NCBI GenBank assembly: GCA_002633005.1
Contig: NMRA01000019.1
Span: forward strand, 1,681,261 to 1,745,260
Length of the DNA stretch: 64,000 nt
Source of the DNA: Phoronis australis
Taxonomy: Eukaryota; Animalia; Phoronida
Direction: 5' to 3'
A model generated the notes under the pieces. The model worked only from the letters and a program-made list of their open reading frames with translations. It did not search any database and was not told where the DNA came from. Made by a program: the position numbers and the translations under genes. The stretch's first letter is position 1. The number at the start of each line of letters is the position of its first letter. Shown in pieces: positions 38,137 to 53,550 of the stretch.

Positions 38137-40525
38137 TGTGAAGCTCACGAAGGAGCTTCACTGTCGCCACTGGTACTACAGTCGCTGTCGGTGGATGAGA
38201 CTTGTTATCATGTCAGGGACAGTTAAGATCCCTATGTTATAATTCTGTAAACTGTAGAATTTCGGTAAAAGCTTATTGATTTAATAAAACATATTTCCCA
38301 TCTGCAGCACTCAGATTTATCAATGATTAAAATTTTACAGCCGTAAGTCAACTCACTTGAACACAGATAATTCTAGGTGGCACATCAGTCATGTTAGCAA
38401 AAATTAAAAGCTTTTGCTATTTATATTTAATTTCAGATGATGAACTATCATACTCCCCTGAAAAAGGTAAGACCAAAGACATACATATTATAGGGTAAAC
38501 TGTTATACTCTCAAGCACCAAATGTTAAAAATGCTGCATTAAAGCAGAGGTACTTGGATTCTATTTCAATTGATGACATTCAATTCAACAATGATTTGCT
38601 GGACACCGGGCCTGTGTTTATCTGCACATCATGAATTTCGTTTAGTTCAAAACTCACGCAGCTGCGGAAACCTACAAGAATAGACGTCACCAATCGAATT
38701 GCTCAGTCTGGAGATCGATTGAGATGTGTACATATTGATTCGTCATCTGTTTTTAAGAAGAAACCAACAGGAGCAAAGAAATTGTTGAATTTTGAGTCCA
38801 GGTCAGTTGACCAGGGATGCTCAGAATCAGAGAATTATCAACAATCCAACCCTCTTCTCGCAAACATGACTAAAGATTCAACTTAGCAAACTGATCAAAA
38901 ATTGTTCTTTAAAATCAGTACATCTTTGGATAATCGTTGTAAGACTTGAAGAAAAAGAGTACTTAGACTTTCCATATGAGGGACCTGGATGACCAGCTGC
39001 TCTTTTGGAAAATTATGAATAAACAATAAGATCGTTGTCCACATGGATTGCAAACTTCTTGTTACTATGTGTCATTCACTACATTATGGTTTGACTAAGA
39101 ACGACTTCACTGTTGCCATAATGTACGGGATAACTGTTTGTCAGAAACCCTCAACTTGTTTTTAAAATATAATGCTAAGCAAAGGTGACAAGGTTGATGA
39201 TAACAGTTACATAAGTGATATATATTAAATAGTCTCCAGACTGAGACACCCTCCTAAATTCAAAACACATAAATAATTGCTTAAATTTAATTTTCTTCAT
39301 CCTGAAATTTGAGAAATGAGTGAATTTGTTATTTTCATACTTCTCAAAATTCGAACGTTGAGTTTAAGCACAACAGATTGCAAGAATTATTTGTAAGTTC
39401 ATAAAGAAGTAACGCTCATGACAAACACATTAAATTTCTGACAGACAATAGTGTGAATTTTTAAAAATGGGACAAGCTCTGACCTTGATCAAAATAATTA
39501 TTCACTTTCCCAACCTTGAGATTTTTGCGTAATTAATTTTTGATATACAGTGTGTAGATGGTTGTAAAACTGATGGATAACTGTCCTTGTTTATAAGAGG
39601 ATCTGTTTTAAGAAAAGAGGTTGTATAAGTGATGGAAATTGATTGGTAAGTTTTTGATCTTGAGTGATGGCGTGATGGTTTACACCAGCTTCACTATATA
39701 TCCCTAAAAAGGTCAGTGACGAAAGGTAGAAATCATAAGTGACAACAGATCTCGATAGTCCATTTCAATTAATGATTATGAGGCGGACGATAATAGTGCT
39801 AGCACATCTGTGGTTGAAGAGTTATGATATTTTTGTTGGACTCTGTAACATGTAAGCTACATATGTTTTTCCTCAACGAAATAATGCGTGTGATGTCAAA
39901 ATCAGTGCTGAAGGGGGTTTCTATTAAAGGTTGATGTAATATTAATTGATTAGGCTGATACATACCAAGGGAACTTGTGTCATATGATAAGATGTTATTG
40001 TTTGCTAATTAAATGATTTGGAAAAATAATGATGTAACGAGGTGAAGAAATGTTGCGATTGTGTCTTTAGCAACTAGCATCAATGTTTTGCACAGGGTTA
40101 CTTTTATATAAACAATTTAAAATTTAATAGATTTTGGATTTCCTTCACATATTTAAGGTTGAGAATACATGCCCGCGTGAAGTTCTCTGCAAATTTGCTG
40201 CTTTGGTAACACTATCAGCGATGGTGTTAATCTCCCAGAAAACAGATGTTAAAGGGCAATATTGACAGCAAAATGATCCAGGAAAATCTTTTTAATGACG
40301 TGAATTGACTCTGTGCCCATTTTTGAACTTTAGGGTAACCTAAAAGGGCAGATGGGTTCTCTGTTAATTCCAAGTTGTTGCTTTTTGGGAGCCTACATTA
40401 AGCAAATGTATAATTTCGATTATTATTTGACACCTTACCCATATTTCCGTAAATTTTCTAGGCACAGTTTTGGAAATTCCGGGTCAATAGTATATTAGAA
40501 AAGTTTTTAAAATTCAGTGCTTCAA

Positions 40526-43500
40526 GAGACAGTCCACATAAAAACCAGTAGAATTTCAAACATCAGTCTATACGTCAATATTTAAAACAACTTCATTTTT
40601 AGTATATGGGTAGGTATCCTGACATCAACCCAAATGCCAATTTTTTTGCACTCAATGACCCCTAATTTCGCCGCTGGAGCATGATAACACAAATTGGCCC
40701 AATTGGGCATATTAGCCGTCTCAAAAATCGCATGTTTTCAGCAACAAAAATGAGTAAAATACAAAATAGACCAAAGCTATATTTTGGTGGTTGAATTAAC
40801 CAACGTATACTGTACATAATTCTGTGCCATTTATTAAAATCTGACAGTTTTGTGCTAGACAGGGGAGATAATCCACAGACCACTTTTTGGGGCTAATTTT
40901 AGTGGTCATTTTTGTGACCGTCTTACTGCCATAAAACACCTTGTAGCCTTATGTGACGTTGCGAACATTTAGTTAAAGAGTTAGTTTTGATGACTAAGCA
41001 ATAAAAAATCTTGCTTCAACTTTGCACTTTAATGAAAATTGTCTTGCAAAACTTTCTATTTTCATAGTTTGGAAATGACGAGCAGAGTTTACAGACCATT
41101 TGAATAAACTTTTGGGCAAGAAGTCTGCTTTAAATAGTTATAGAAACCAAGTCTAAACTCTTTCAAATGAAAACAAGATGTTTTCCTGGTTTATTACGCG
41201 GCTAGTATCAAACCTGAACCCGATGACCTTTGCCCACAGAGGGAGTCAGTTGAGGTTAAGCTTGAGGATACCGTGTAACCCTCTTGTATTCTTTCATTTC
41301 TTTTACATTATCAGGTTAATTTAAACAATCTGTAGAAATTTTAAATGGAAATAAATACCTTTAAGATTAAACGAGTAAGAATTGATATTTGTAATGACTG
41401 GTTTTGAGAGAAGTATTAAAGTGCATTTTAAAAAGACAAAATGGCGGACGATGTCGATGGGCCTTCATGTTCCTTTAGAGTTTATTGTGCAAAAAATCCG
41501 ATCACAAAAGCTTTGTGCTTTAGTGAGGTATGTCAAAGACACCACTGAACATTTGAGATACAGGAAACTACCTCACAAAGCAAGGCCTGTGCCAGAGTAC
41601 GCACGAGTACTACCCAGATTCGCTGAATTTCTGACTGAAAAGGACCAGTCATGGAATAGTCAGGTAATGCTGGATGTTACCACTCTGCTCCTATCCTCCT
41701 GAACGTAACAGCCTTGTCAAATTCTACCGGCATTTCTGTTTCGAGATGTGACTTTAGTGAAAGTCAGAATGGAAAGGATCTCTGTGATCGCAAGATCGCT
41801 CCCCTCTAACAACATGCAAAGTACTTTGTAGCCGAAGGTAACAATATCATAAACTTTCTGGATTTGAAAGAAGCATTACTTTCCAGTGGCCGTGTGAAGA
41901 GATGTTATGTGTATGCATGTTCAGTAATGCAACATTTTTTTTTCTAAAATACTCAGTTCCTGGTATAAGCACATGCCCAAATTCCCACTATTCCACCCAA
42001 GGAATCCGCGTGTGAAAATCATTCCATGTAGGTGACGATAAGTTCTTACAAATACTGAGAAAATGGGAAACCTACTTCTCTAAAATACACTAACATCTCT
42101 AGACATGACGGATTTTCAACACCAAAAGTTAAGGTTGGCATTGTATCTAGTGAAGAGCCTCAACAAAAGTTCCCTTGCACCCAACAAGGTTACTCGAATT
42201 TTTTTGCTACAGACGCAGAACTAGGTCAGCATTTGGATGTGGGTAACCACACTGAACATTTACAGAGGGAATCCACTTATGACCACATCGCACGACAGTG
42301 GTCAGAAATGCTTTCAGATGCAAGAACCGGAGCGTCATTTGAGGCAGCCTCAGAGTACTATTTGGATATGACGAATGCTGAAGCAATAGGTTAGGCATTG
42401 AAAAAAGGTAAAAGGTCAACAAGATTTTCAGCAAAGGTTAAGAAATTTCTGACGAACACATTCGATGAAGGAGATAAGTCAGGTAAAAACGTTCACCCTC
42501 GGTGGTGCAAAAATGGAGAAAACATTACGAACCCACTGGTAAAGTGTTTACCTGTGATATTAAGTGAATCGCAGATTGGTGGATTTTTTCGAGGTTGTCT
42601 GCAGCAATGCTTATGATGATGATATTTCTGCTGAAGATGCTGTTATGTCGTCAGATTTACTGAATGAAGTGGTAAATGAGCTCAACGTTTAGCATAGTCT
42701 TGTAGCATACCAGTCAAAGATGTGTGATATGTGAAGTCGGCGGAGTTACTTCTGTTTACTTCATGTCTGTCATGAATGAGTCATTAAAAAATTGTCTCTC
42801 ATGAATTATTTTCTATTGACTGTGAATGTGTACCTTTTTATACCACTGATGATCACACTGACAGAAATATTCAGCGTTACGTGCCCGGTGTGTGGTTGGG
42901 AACACCAGATTTCTGGCGACTGGTGGCGACTAAAATTTGTAGCAACCAGCAGGGATATTACAATATGAACCCAAAGTTACAATTACTATTTGCACTGAAC
43001 ACTAAGGGGCCACCACATTGGGTGCCTTCCTTTGCCTGTGGCACGAACAAGGCAGATAGAAATCAAGGCAGGGGTGAGTTCAGTAACACTAGAACCTCTC
43101 TAAAATTTATCCAAAACCACGAGTTCTCATTTAAAATGCAGGATAATATCTCGCGAAGTCTTGACTTATAGCAAGGTCCTCGTGTTACTGCTCTTATTCT
43201 AGATGCGTCTTCAGTCTCTACGTAAACAAAAACAGCGCCATCTATCATTTAGAACCACGCAAGCCAGTTGATTTACGTTATAAATTTTATGTAATAAGCA
43301 ATAATCATCAATGCCGTTTTCATAGAATGGTAAATAATAATGCTGTCTGACTTTTCTCCAAAATACAAGGTTTTATGTCGTGTTTTGCAAGCTAATTATA
43401 TGTTCCAAGAGCCCCCTATTGGCAGCAGAGGCAACTGAGAACATGCAAAAGGACGAAGTGCAGTTCGTGTAATGCTTCGTACGCAAAAACTACATTAGAG

Positions 43501-43981
43501 GCAAGATTTTTTATTTTAGATTATGAACAGGTTAGGAATGACTAAACAAATTGTTATATTATAAAGTCAATTTCCGGAAAGGTGCGTTATGGCCGCTACA
43601 GAGTGCCAAATTTGGCAGAAAATGGCTTCAGTGAAAACCTGAAAAATAGCCGTTTTTGCCTCACAAATTCAAAACGTACAAATTTAAAAATGGAGAAAGT
43701 TATGCCATTAAATTATTCAGCCATTGCCCCTCAATTCGTATTATTCATTTGTTTTGTCCTTACCACGAATGCTAGTAAAATGCATTCAAACATGCATACT
43801 TCGACGCCCAATTTTGTTGCAAAATGGAGGTACAGGTCATAAAAAGAAAAATAATGAATGAAAATTCATAAAAAGTGAGGTTTTTCTACATCTCAACAAA
43901 CCAAACTCATATGCTAAGTTTCAAAAAAATCGGTGATTTTGGATATAGACTCTACCTGTTGGTTTTTATATGGAGTCACTC
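40526..43981 (+). mobile_element. Sola3-type DNA transposon, decayed
   Basis: GAG...CTC termini with degenerate TIRs (tcca.ataaaaacca..ag); flanks TCAA and TTAA. Transposase remnants RCDFSESQNGKDLCDRKIAP...YFVAEGNNI...DLKEAL.S.G and ALKKGKRSTRFSAKVKKFL...FDEG.KSG. Confidence 0.8.
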
Positions 43982-45600
43982 TTAAAACCTGTTGTGATAC
44001 GAAAAGGTATTTTTGAAAATATTTTTTCTGCATCAAACTCACCATTATAACACAATGTGTCCTTTGTCAATTACATCAATTGCCACGTTGGAAGCTAATT
44101 CCTTGTTTTGCAAACGTTTCACACCATCACTTGTTGACGTCAGAGCATCAGGTTGAGCATGGTCTACTCGATAATTTCCTTTAATTATATTACTAATTGG
44201 AACAGTACTAAAAACATGTCCACTACTCTTTCGTCATCACTATGGTCATGACTGTCGTCTTGCAAAAATTTTTTGCTGTTCTGGCATTGTAATTAGTACA
44301 CACTGCTTTTAATGATGGCCTGTCTGTCAACTCAGCAATCTTTTTGATCATCTCTTTTTGAGAGTGAAAGTGATCTTCAGTGTTCTAACAGTTTTCAAAT
44401 AGCCAAATCTGCCATGGTGGTCTCGAATATTTACTAAACTTCGATGAAGTAGCGGGCCAATAAGCAATTAACTTGCAATTCATTGTGGGAGCGTCAGTAT
44501 AACGCAATCAACCGATCTGTCAACTTTGCTTGTGCTAGTTTTATTTCATTTTAATCGCAAAGTGAACATTTTGTGTTTACTTAGTGATAATTAAACCGTT
44601 TCAATGATGTTTTTCGTTTTAAAATTGCTTCAAGTAATACTACAGATACCCCAATACAGTCTGCATACGTCGCAAATCTACTCGGGGATTCCGTCGAAGG
44701 GGCATTCCCCCAATGAGATAATTACAGTACAGTTGAAGTCAAGTGGTTTTCGTTCCGCCATCTTGCTAATAAATCATGTTAGTCAAGATGCGTGTGTATT
44801 GTGTATTATCTAGGAACCAATATTGATAACAACACGTGATTTCAAGTAAAAATTCATATCTTTAATGATAGGGTCATCAAATGCATAGTTAACTAGAATT
44901 TTCAGGAAATCACCGTAAAAAATCATTGCATACTTGAGCACAGAATTAAAGGGTCTTAACGTTTATCTTTAGTAATAACAAAAAACATCAACAATAAAAT
45001 TTAATTTACAATATAAAGATTAGACCCAGAATCCATAATATAATTATTAGGTCTTTCGAGCTTTAAAATTAAATGATTTTGTGTGTGAGAATCCGATCGC
45101 AGAAACAATATTGTTCAACTTTGTTCCCTAGAACATCCTTAAGTCGATCATGGTCTTTTACTTGACTTCTCTTCTTTGTCCGATATGTCTTTAAAGTCCT
45201 TGTTGCAAATTGCCCATGTGGTTCCAGTATCCGAAATTACTTACTACATCAATTCTTATTTTCGACACCCTTTCTTTATATTCTTTTCGCCTTTCTTGCC
45301 AAAAGCGATTTTGTAACAGTATTTGACCCTTCTCTGTGAGCGTATGATTACCGGTTGTCGTCGGTTATTTCCGTACCCACATTTCCGGCTCATCAGTTCA
45401 GGAACTTGTCCTGAACGCCGCCATTTTTTCTTTGTAACTGAATGTGCTATGGCTTGCTCGAAAAGTCTTCATTATTTTGTTTTATTAGTTATATATCGTG
45501 ATTCGTTTGCATATGTAGTGTATTTATAGTTTGTAGTTAGTGGTCGATGATTTTTTTGGAATGTTACGCGTACTTAGAATGTTAAAATAGCATTGGAGTT

Positions 45601-46740
45601 TAGTCCCTTACGTAGGCCGGTCGAACCTAGGAACCAATATGGGTCGAACCAATTTTTTTTCGGTTTTATTTTTTTCCTCGTTTTGAAAAAGTACTTTGCT
45701 ATCATCGGAAAGGTAGTACATTCTACTCAGTAAAAATCGAAAAAGTATCAAAATCGGGGCAAGCACTGTAAAGTTATTGCAAGTTTTGTGGCGAAATTTG
45801 GGTCACTTTGTTTGGATCGCGTCGGCCATATTGGAGGACAGCGGGATGAGTTACGAGTTTAAAACTTTGTGTAAATTGTTTTCGCCAACAAATTACGGTA
45901 AAATTTAGTTAGACATATCTTTACTTACTATTCTGCACGATTTAGCAGTGTTCACCAAATTTCAGCGTCGCAGTTGTTACTCATTACTAAGTGATAAATG
46001 TGCTCACAATTCCCGTTGGACTTCGATCGTCTCATTTCTGACGGCACCTACAATGTCGACTTTTGCTGAACTGAAAGGCATGCTCAATCGGCTACTTTGT
46101 AATTTGTGAAGATTTAACGTTGATACATTTTGACAAACGTTGCTACAAAAAAGAAACTTTATTCAATTTTCGTGTTTTTTGTGTTTGTGGCCAGCAGTGT
46201 GACACAGGACTAACCAGCCCGTAATTTCATGCAAGTGTCTGAAACTACCTTTGAATATATGCAGCATTTATCATTTGACCATTTTACTTCGACAAATTAG
46301 CTTGCAACCGCATGCATTTACCGTTCGCCAGTGTCTGGTCTCGACTCCGCACCGGGTCCGATAGGCTGCGGTAATTTCTGTCAAAATTTATTCTCCACAT
46401 TTCTTCAGCAAATTCCTTAAAATTGTCCGTAGTTTTTGATTTTATCAAAATTAAGGCGCGCTGTCGTTTATCCCGGTTTGCTGGCAGGTAACAGTACATG
46501 CACTGCTCCAGTCGCACTGACGGCGTTTTCTCGGCCTGGGTTCCTGAATGAATTGTACTTCCGGGTTCGCGGCAAGTTCAAAATGGCGGTGTTTCTTCGG
46601 GTGCGAATCGTGAGTGGCGCGTTTATTTAAACTGTTTTCGAGTACGGACTGTGTATTAGTTATGGGGTAGGTACTTCTTGGATCCTTATAACATCTTCTA
46701 ACCATGTAATAAGGGTCAACAACGCGTGAGACAAGGACTT
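45601..46740. mobile_element. Non-autonomous element with TAGTCC...GGACT termini
   Basis: Right end 46534-46739 is the reverse complement of 59086-59292, where the terminus TAGTCC is defined by an empty site at 62080. The left boundary is inferred from a matching TAGTCC. Confidence 0.55.
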
Positions 46741-47976
46741 TAAGGGTTTAGTGACCTTATTTTCTCCAAGATTCTGTTGTTTTCAAGAAACGAATAAACA
46801 CAAAAAGTGACCAAGGATTAATAGTTGTACATTTTTATAGAGTTGACAAAAATTCGAACAAAATATAGTCAGGTGATCAGGAATAGGGCAGGATCGAAAG
46901 AAGGGATAACCCAAGAATGCTGCACCCCACAATGTTATATACGATAGATGGGTTGTTTCTGTAGATTTCAAAATATGGGACAAATGTTACATGTATGTAG
47001 CCTGGCAAGCTATTAAAATCTGCAAATGTCTTAGTTGTGGAAAACCTCAGCACCCCTTACATGCGTTTTATTTTTTGAAAAAACTGCGTATTAATTTAAT
47101 TTTATTCCTTGGTATAACCTGAAGTAGACATTTCGGGAATTTGCGGCTGTGCAAATGCATACATCGACCTCCCGGCTTCAGCCACTCAAGCATTGCTGTT
47201 CACAGGCACACTAGGATAACCGATGTACATGTATATGTGCGTGTCTTACCAACCAGCGCAGGGTGTTTTTGGTGTCATTTGAGCATTTTTCTTTTTCATT
47301 GAAATTCTTAATGTTAACATATCAGGTTCTATAACTCATATCGCTTGGCAAAGTTTTGTTCCAATTTTTATGCAAACTGGCCTATGCCCTGAATTCCGAA
47401 TATGAGCATCTACACAAATATGTACAGTTCTATTGGTCAATTGTTGCATACAATGACACGAATTTACATCATGAGCACCGCACCATAGGGGGTTGTGGGG
47501 CTATTGCCCCCACTTTTTTCAGTCCTGGGCCGTCCATGGTATATGGGTGGCGCACCACAGGAGGGCTGGGAGGATTTAGCCCCCCACAATTATTTCAGTG
47601 CTACGCAGCCCTTGTGCTGTTTGTGTGGTCATCGATTTCCATTGTTTTTCATATTTTTTTCTACTTAGTAATCAAGAGTTTCACACAAAAGCATGCCTCA
47701 AATCCTTTTCTTTGAATGAATCAAATGGCGTCAAGTCAAGGAATTTTTAAACCCATACTAAAAACTTTGGGAATGCAGTGATGTAATGGGGCGCCGGAGA
47801 GCGGCCCCTTTGACTACTGATCACCTTGTCAGTTTATAAACAACTCAAAAATAGGTACTATACAATGGGGCTATTCGGAGAATTCTCCTCGCGGGGTCGC
47901 TGTTGTACTAGTGGTGATTGAATTGCGCATGCGTCGCTGTCTGCATGTAAACAGCTGGTAAAAATACACATTTTTT

Positions 47977-48180
47977 ATGAAAATACGTCGTAGCGCTAAG
48001 CCTTCTTGTTGCTATTTTCCCTGGTACAAGTCTTCGACAGGTGGTCACAAAATCCCAAAAGACCTTAGGATACTACATTCTTGGATAATTGCGGTCAAAA
48101 GGGTCAACCAACCGAAAAAGGTGTGTGGATGCCGAAGCCCTGTGTTCTTTATGCATTTCCACTGGGAGACAACATAATGT
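47977..48180 (+). pseudogene. THAP zinc-finger remnant (DNA-transposon derived)
   Basis: SCCYFP....GGHKIPKDLRILHSWIIAVKR......W.P...HF (the W.P part in a shifted frame) matches the THAP C..P.C/H.FP.D...W/HF pattern. Confidence 0.6.
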
Positions 48181-48622
48181 TACTTGGTAAGTTTTTAGCA
48201 ATCAGTTGCCATCGACATCGTTCGGTGATGGTATCCCTACCAGTTACCCCTCTGAATAACGGGTTTATTGAGAGGAACTAAGTGTTTCTTTTCTGAAACT
48301 CACCTGGGACTCGGATGCCGGGTAAGCTAGCAGCACATATTCACATACTGTCCTGGGTGGGAGTGCGCCAAATATAAGAGGAGTATGGTACGTGACGCTC
48401 AGAAGTCAAGGGTGTCTTTTTCACAGCAGTTCCTCTTTAAAGCTATGCTACGTCCAATCAATTTCTCTAGAGGAGTGACTTTCCTTATTTTATAGCGGAC
48501 CCCAACCGCAGTACTACCAGATTATTTGGCAAATTGACAAGGATAAGCTATTCCGTAAATGTATTAACATTTCATTGGAATAAAAATTGACACCTAGAAT
48601 GAATTTTACTTCTTGAGATCAG

Positions 48623-49028
48623 GGCCCGATCTCCAATCTTTTTACTCGAAATAGAACTCCAGATTAGGTTTGGCATTTTCTACTCTACTTTTATGCATAA
48701 TCAAGATAAGTGTCTATTATTCTATGCTCGAGTACAGAATAACTTACCTAGATAATTTATTGCCCTTAGTTCACAGTTTGCAAACCCAACATTAAAGCAA
48801 TAAGTTTGAGTTTAATCTCGAAACTCGAAATTTCGAGTTTTTATTCGAGTTTGTAGCACGGATATAAGGGTCTTCAAGGGCAAACTTGAACTAGAAACTC
48901 CTATGCATAAACTATAATGTATTCGATCACGGTCTGATAGCCAATTATCTTAAGTTCGCAAAAAAGGAGCAGAGAAATTGCGAAACAGTTTCGAGTTCGT
49001 TTCGAATACAAAGATTAGAGACTGGGCC
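48623..49028. mobile_element. MITE (PIF/Harbinger-like)
   Basis: TIR GGCCC(GA/AG)TCTC.AATCTTT; TSD CAG; internal ctcga/tcgag repeats. Confidence 0.75.
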
Positions 49029-52000
49029 CAGAAGCACATTTTAAGTATCGTGAAAAATACACATTGTTAAATCACTTTAGGCATGTTTCTTATATTTTAA
49101 TTCAGACATAAAATTAGACATAGGTACAACGATTATTAGTTTCTACATATAAACATGAAGTTGAAACGTCAAGTATGTTCTGCCTTACAAAAATAGTTTT
49201 GTCTTGTGTTTTCTTTTATAATTTGCTAATATTTCGCTGACTATTCTGTTACAGGTGAGAGAAAACGACTGAAACCAGCCAGCCTGACCGTCTATTTTTC
49301 CTATTGACAAAGTAAAAAGCAAACCTTCAGCAATAACCTGAGGGATTTGAACCTAATTCAGAAATTCAGCAATACATATGCCTAATTATGGAAAATTACA
49401 ATTGTTTTTAACAATGTTGTTTCTTTGTATGCATGAGGTTCTTCAGTTTGCCATTTTGTTTTTAAATACGCTGATAATTGTTTATTCTCGAATCGTCTGT
49501 CAAATGTCCTTGCAAAAGATCACACCATAATTTTAGCAGCAGAATAATTGTAGAAAACTAATTTTTGCAACGCTGGTAAATAATTAAGATTACTCTAGGA
49601 AGATTTTATTCTGTCAGTTGTTACCCACAACGGCGCAAATTTGTATACTTAATTTAGTAAACAGCTTCGTACCAAGGCTAGATCCTTTCGAGCCCTTCGG
49701 CGTAAGAACACAATACTTGGCGTTTCGCGTATACTCCAAGGGGTAAAACTTTGAAAATAATATTTTTGGTGTAACTTGGTACATATAATCCTGAAGAAAG
49801 TAGTCTGTGTTTTAATGTAGAGCGTAAAAATGATTAACCCAGTGATTCAAAAAGAACACTCTCGCAAACAAAAACGCACACAATTTTCAGTTCCATTACA
49901 CACGTTAAAAAACAACTTCCTATGAGTTTATTGCATCGATTCTAGTGATCACCAGGACAAGTCAAAACTCTGAAGGGGGCGCAATTTCAAATCGTTGGCA
50001 TCAATCAGTGTTATAAAAATGGATTTAGACCAACGTTTATTCATCAGCAATGTAGAAACAACCGTTATAGACACTGACTGCATTTGTTAACGTCTTGTGG
50101 CAATGATAACAATATTTTTTTCTAGTATGATTGATAACAAATTTTACTCTGATGAGGTATGATGCAATATGCATGCCTAATATGCAGATCGGCAGTTGCA
50201 AAAATATTTACTGGGTTTAATGAATCCGATTGTTATGAACCACTTCAAAAGTATGTTTACTAATTGTTCATTCGAAGCACACCTCATTAGAATAAAAACA
50301 TACTCATGTTTGATGATCGTGGGGGTACCTCTGTTACAGGCATAATGAAGATACATGGTTGTTAAGCCATAGAGGATAATAAGGCTTACATAATTTCTTA
50401 CTGAGCCATCTACACCAGGCATATACAAAAGATACAATACTTCAAAGGAAGCCACAACTACTCATTTTTCATAGTCATAACTAATCACTTTTCATAGTAT
50501 TACTAAATCACAAACACCTAGATTTATGTAAAAAGTTACATAGTACGATGCTACACAACCTGCTCTCCCACATTTATGGAAGGCCTAAGCGGAAACATTT
50601 AACGACATATATTTTCTATGCAAGATTAAAACCAAGCAATACGGGACCAAAAAGAAATATCTCAAAACCAGAACTTTTACTTAAGCAAGAATTAAAACAA
50701 TCCAATACATTGAGATTGTTTTCACACAGAAGACCAAAAAACAAATCAAGACCAAAATTCACCAGGCCTAGAATGAAAATTTTTCACATCAGCGCCTACA
50801 ATTTTTCACGTGACGACCGAAAATTCTTCACTTCAGGATCAAAACAAAATACGACTGAACTGGTTCAAAAACTTACCATGTCAGTAACGTTTCACGCCAG
50901 GACACCACGTCATCATCCCCAAGCATTGATACTTCAAAGTGGTAATGTCCATACTACTCGAATAAACAGGGCCCAAGTGTTCAACCTCTGGCCGACGACA
51001 GATATATTATCTTGGAAATGCATTTAAATCTATTTCGTCTAATCCACGTTTTACAATAGATGCCAATGTATAGGTACACACTGGATTGTCATCATTGCAT
51101 AATGGGTGATCACGTAGTTTCCGAGCATGAAAACATTTTTCTCCTGGCGTGATAACTTTTCTGACGCAATAAATCCTGGTTGCCAATTGTTTTTGATTTT
51201 ACAAATATTTCAATTCCTGAATAGAGAATGTATGTTCTGGATTTTTCCGCTTCAGCTTTCCAGTCAGCTACAACTAGTGCACAGCACAGTGTTTTTAATA
51301 TACTGTGGTGGCTCCAGGGCAACAAATCACTTCTGCTACGATCTTCCGTAAATGACGTTAGTATATTGCACATTTCTTCGGGGTAACAGTTTTTAAGAGC
51401 TATATATTCATTGGACAAGTTTCTGTTTGGTATTTGGTTTTATTTTCTTTCTCAGGTAGTCCTTCAGCTCATGCTCTGAAAGTTTTGAAAACGCAACTCT
51501 TTCTTTATGTAGATACTTTTTCCTGCCCGTGGGCACCGACACGCTAAATTCATTAACCAAACATTTATTTTCGAAAATGCACTCAAAAAGTGGACTTTTT
51601 TTAAAGCACCGTGTTGACCATATTCGTCAGTGTAGAAAAGCGACATGAACAAATTTGTACACAATGCTCAAAGCACTTTTGTGGACATACGGAAACGCGA
51701 ACGTCTCTTTTTTACAACGCTGCGTGTGCTTGGCATTTCTGATAAAGCACTCTCAAGCTGGAATTTTTTTAAGATTGAGCGACGTTTCAAAAAATTGTAT
51801 TTCTTGTTACAGCTGAGCACAGAAGAATTATTATGCGATTTTAGGACTGAAACGGAACCAAATCTCGAGTGGTGACTCATTAGAATCTGGAAAACTCGGG
51901 GATGGTGGAGATACAAGCATGATTTTTTTATTATCGCGCCAAACATGTAGTTGCCACTTGTCATTCAGCGTCACTTACTACCTAAGGTGGCCAGATCATA

Positions 52001-53550
52001 CGCTATAAGTATCACAAGACGATTTGCTTCTCAAAAAGTGCACCTTGATGTATTTTCTATCATTTTTTCGACATCGCAATTGCTTTAATTACCAAAGATT
52101 CACGCATATATGCCGCGTAGAGACAAATACCTCTTCACCACGTATTCCCATCTTACCGTTCACAATTGTTTTATTTTACATAGCTTGTCAATATGTTGTT
52201 GACAAAAAATATTTATTTTTGGAACAACGTGAACGACCAAATGATAGGGGCCTACGTGTACTTGTAACTAGTGCAGAACATAGTTTTAATGTCACCGATG
52301 CATGAAAACGAAATGCGCAAAGCTACAATTGGCCGTTGCCTCAACAGTGGTCATTCTGTGTTTGATGTCACCGTCTAGTTCGTGGAAATCGTAACCATAG
52401 TATGATTTTGAATTTAGAGCCATCGAAGTCCGTGGGTTAAAGGGATACTAGATCGTGAATTTCGCGTCTGTACTGCAAGGTCAAATAAAATCCCCGAAGT
52501 GAGAGCTCTTCGCGGTGTAACAACTCACTCACTATACCATAATCATGGGTGCGTGATAGGAGACCCGTGAATAACTTAAAAAACGCAAAAAGATGCAGTT
52601 TGTCGTTACACCAACAAAATCAATTGTGGGCGAAGACTGTCAATAACAGCTGTATTTACAAAATGGCTACAGCATTGTATTGACCGGGAACCAGCCAATC
52701 GAATGCAACTTGTTAACGTAACAAGTCAAATTCAAGATAAAATGTAAAGAATACTTTCACTTTTTTATCCAAAACTTATTGCATTGTCCATAATCCAATG
52801 TTTACTATTACCGCTTGCATTCAACCTTCGGATAAGTGGTGTTACACAACCGATGTGAACTCATGTAACAGAGACAGTAAAACTACGTTAATTTATTTGA
52901 CCCTGTGCTAAGACGAATATGCATCGACACGCAAGGTGGTATCAGCCTGACAACCTATTACGCAACTGCTGGGGAGTTGCCTTATGAGTCGGCACTGCGG
53001 GCGGCGGGCTGCCGGCCGTCGGCTAATTTGCCGACCGGTCGTCCATCAATTTCCGACCGGTCGGACAAAAGTTCATGATGTGTGCTGTATATGACCTTTT
53101 AAGCAATGTGTGGTCACATGGTTGCATTGCTTTATGCTACCATTATTTTAAAACCTCGTTAGTAGTTAAAATTTCAAATTATATTCTAAAAATTCCCCGG
53201 CTTCCATAAGGCCACCGTGCTTTTGTTTATATCGTTCATCATCAATATGGCGGACCGCGTTTCACGCGCTGTCTGGCTTGCGAATATCGTCGGTCGTATC
53301 TCTCTCTATATACATATAGCTCATTGCATTCCCTAAGGACGCATCACAAGGGAGATAACCTTTTATCTTGCTACATAAACGGGTCGGAAATAGGGATTTT
53401 CTCTGCTACAAGGATTATAATCACCATTTTTCAGAAGGCAAACCTAACTACTACAAAATTCATTCAAATTTCAACAATAGCGAACCTTTTGTCCACGGTT
53501 GATTTTACGCGGATACAAACCGGTAATATCTCACGAGTCTCATCACCCAT

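Noticed and set aside
45100-45430. Minus-strand TLTEKGQ motif like a BEL gag N-terminus
   Set aside because: Single short motif in a stop-ridden region with no LTR or other domains found.
50548-52100. Several ORFs of 66-159 aa
   Set aside because: No convincing motifs; faint resemblance to a decayed DNA transposase, too weak to call.
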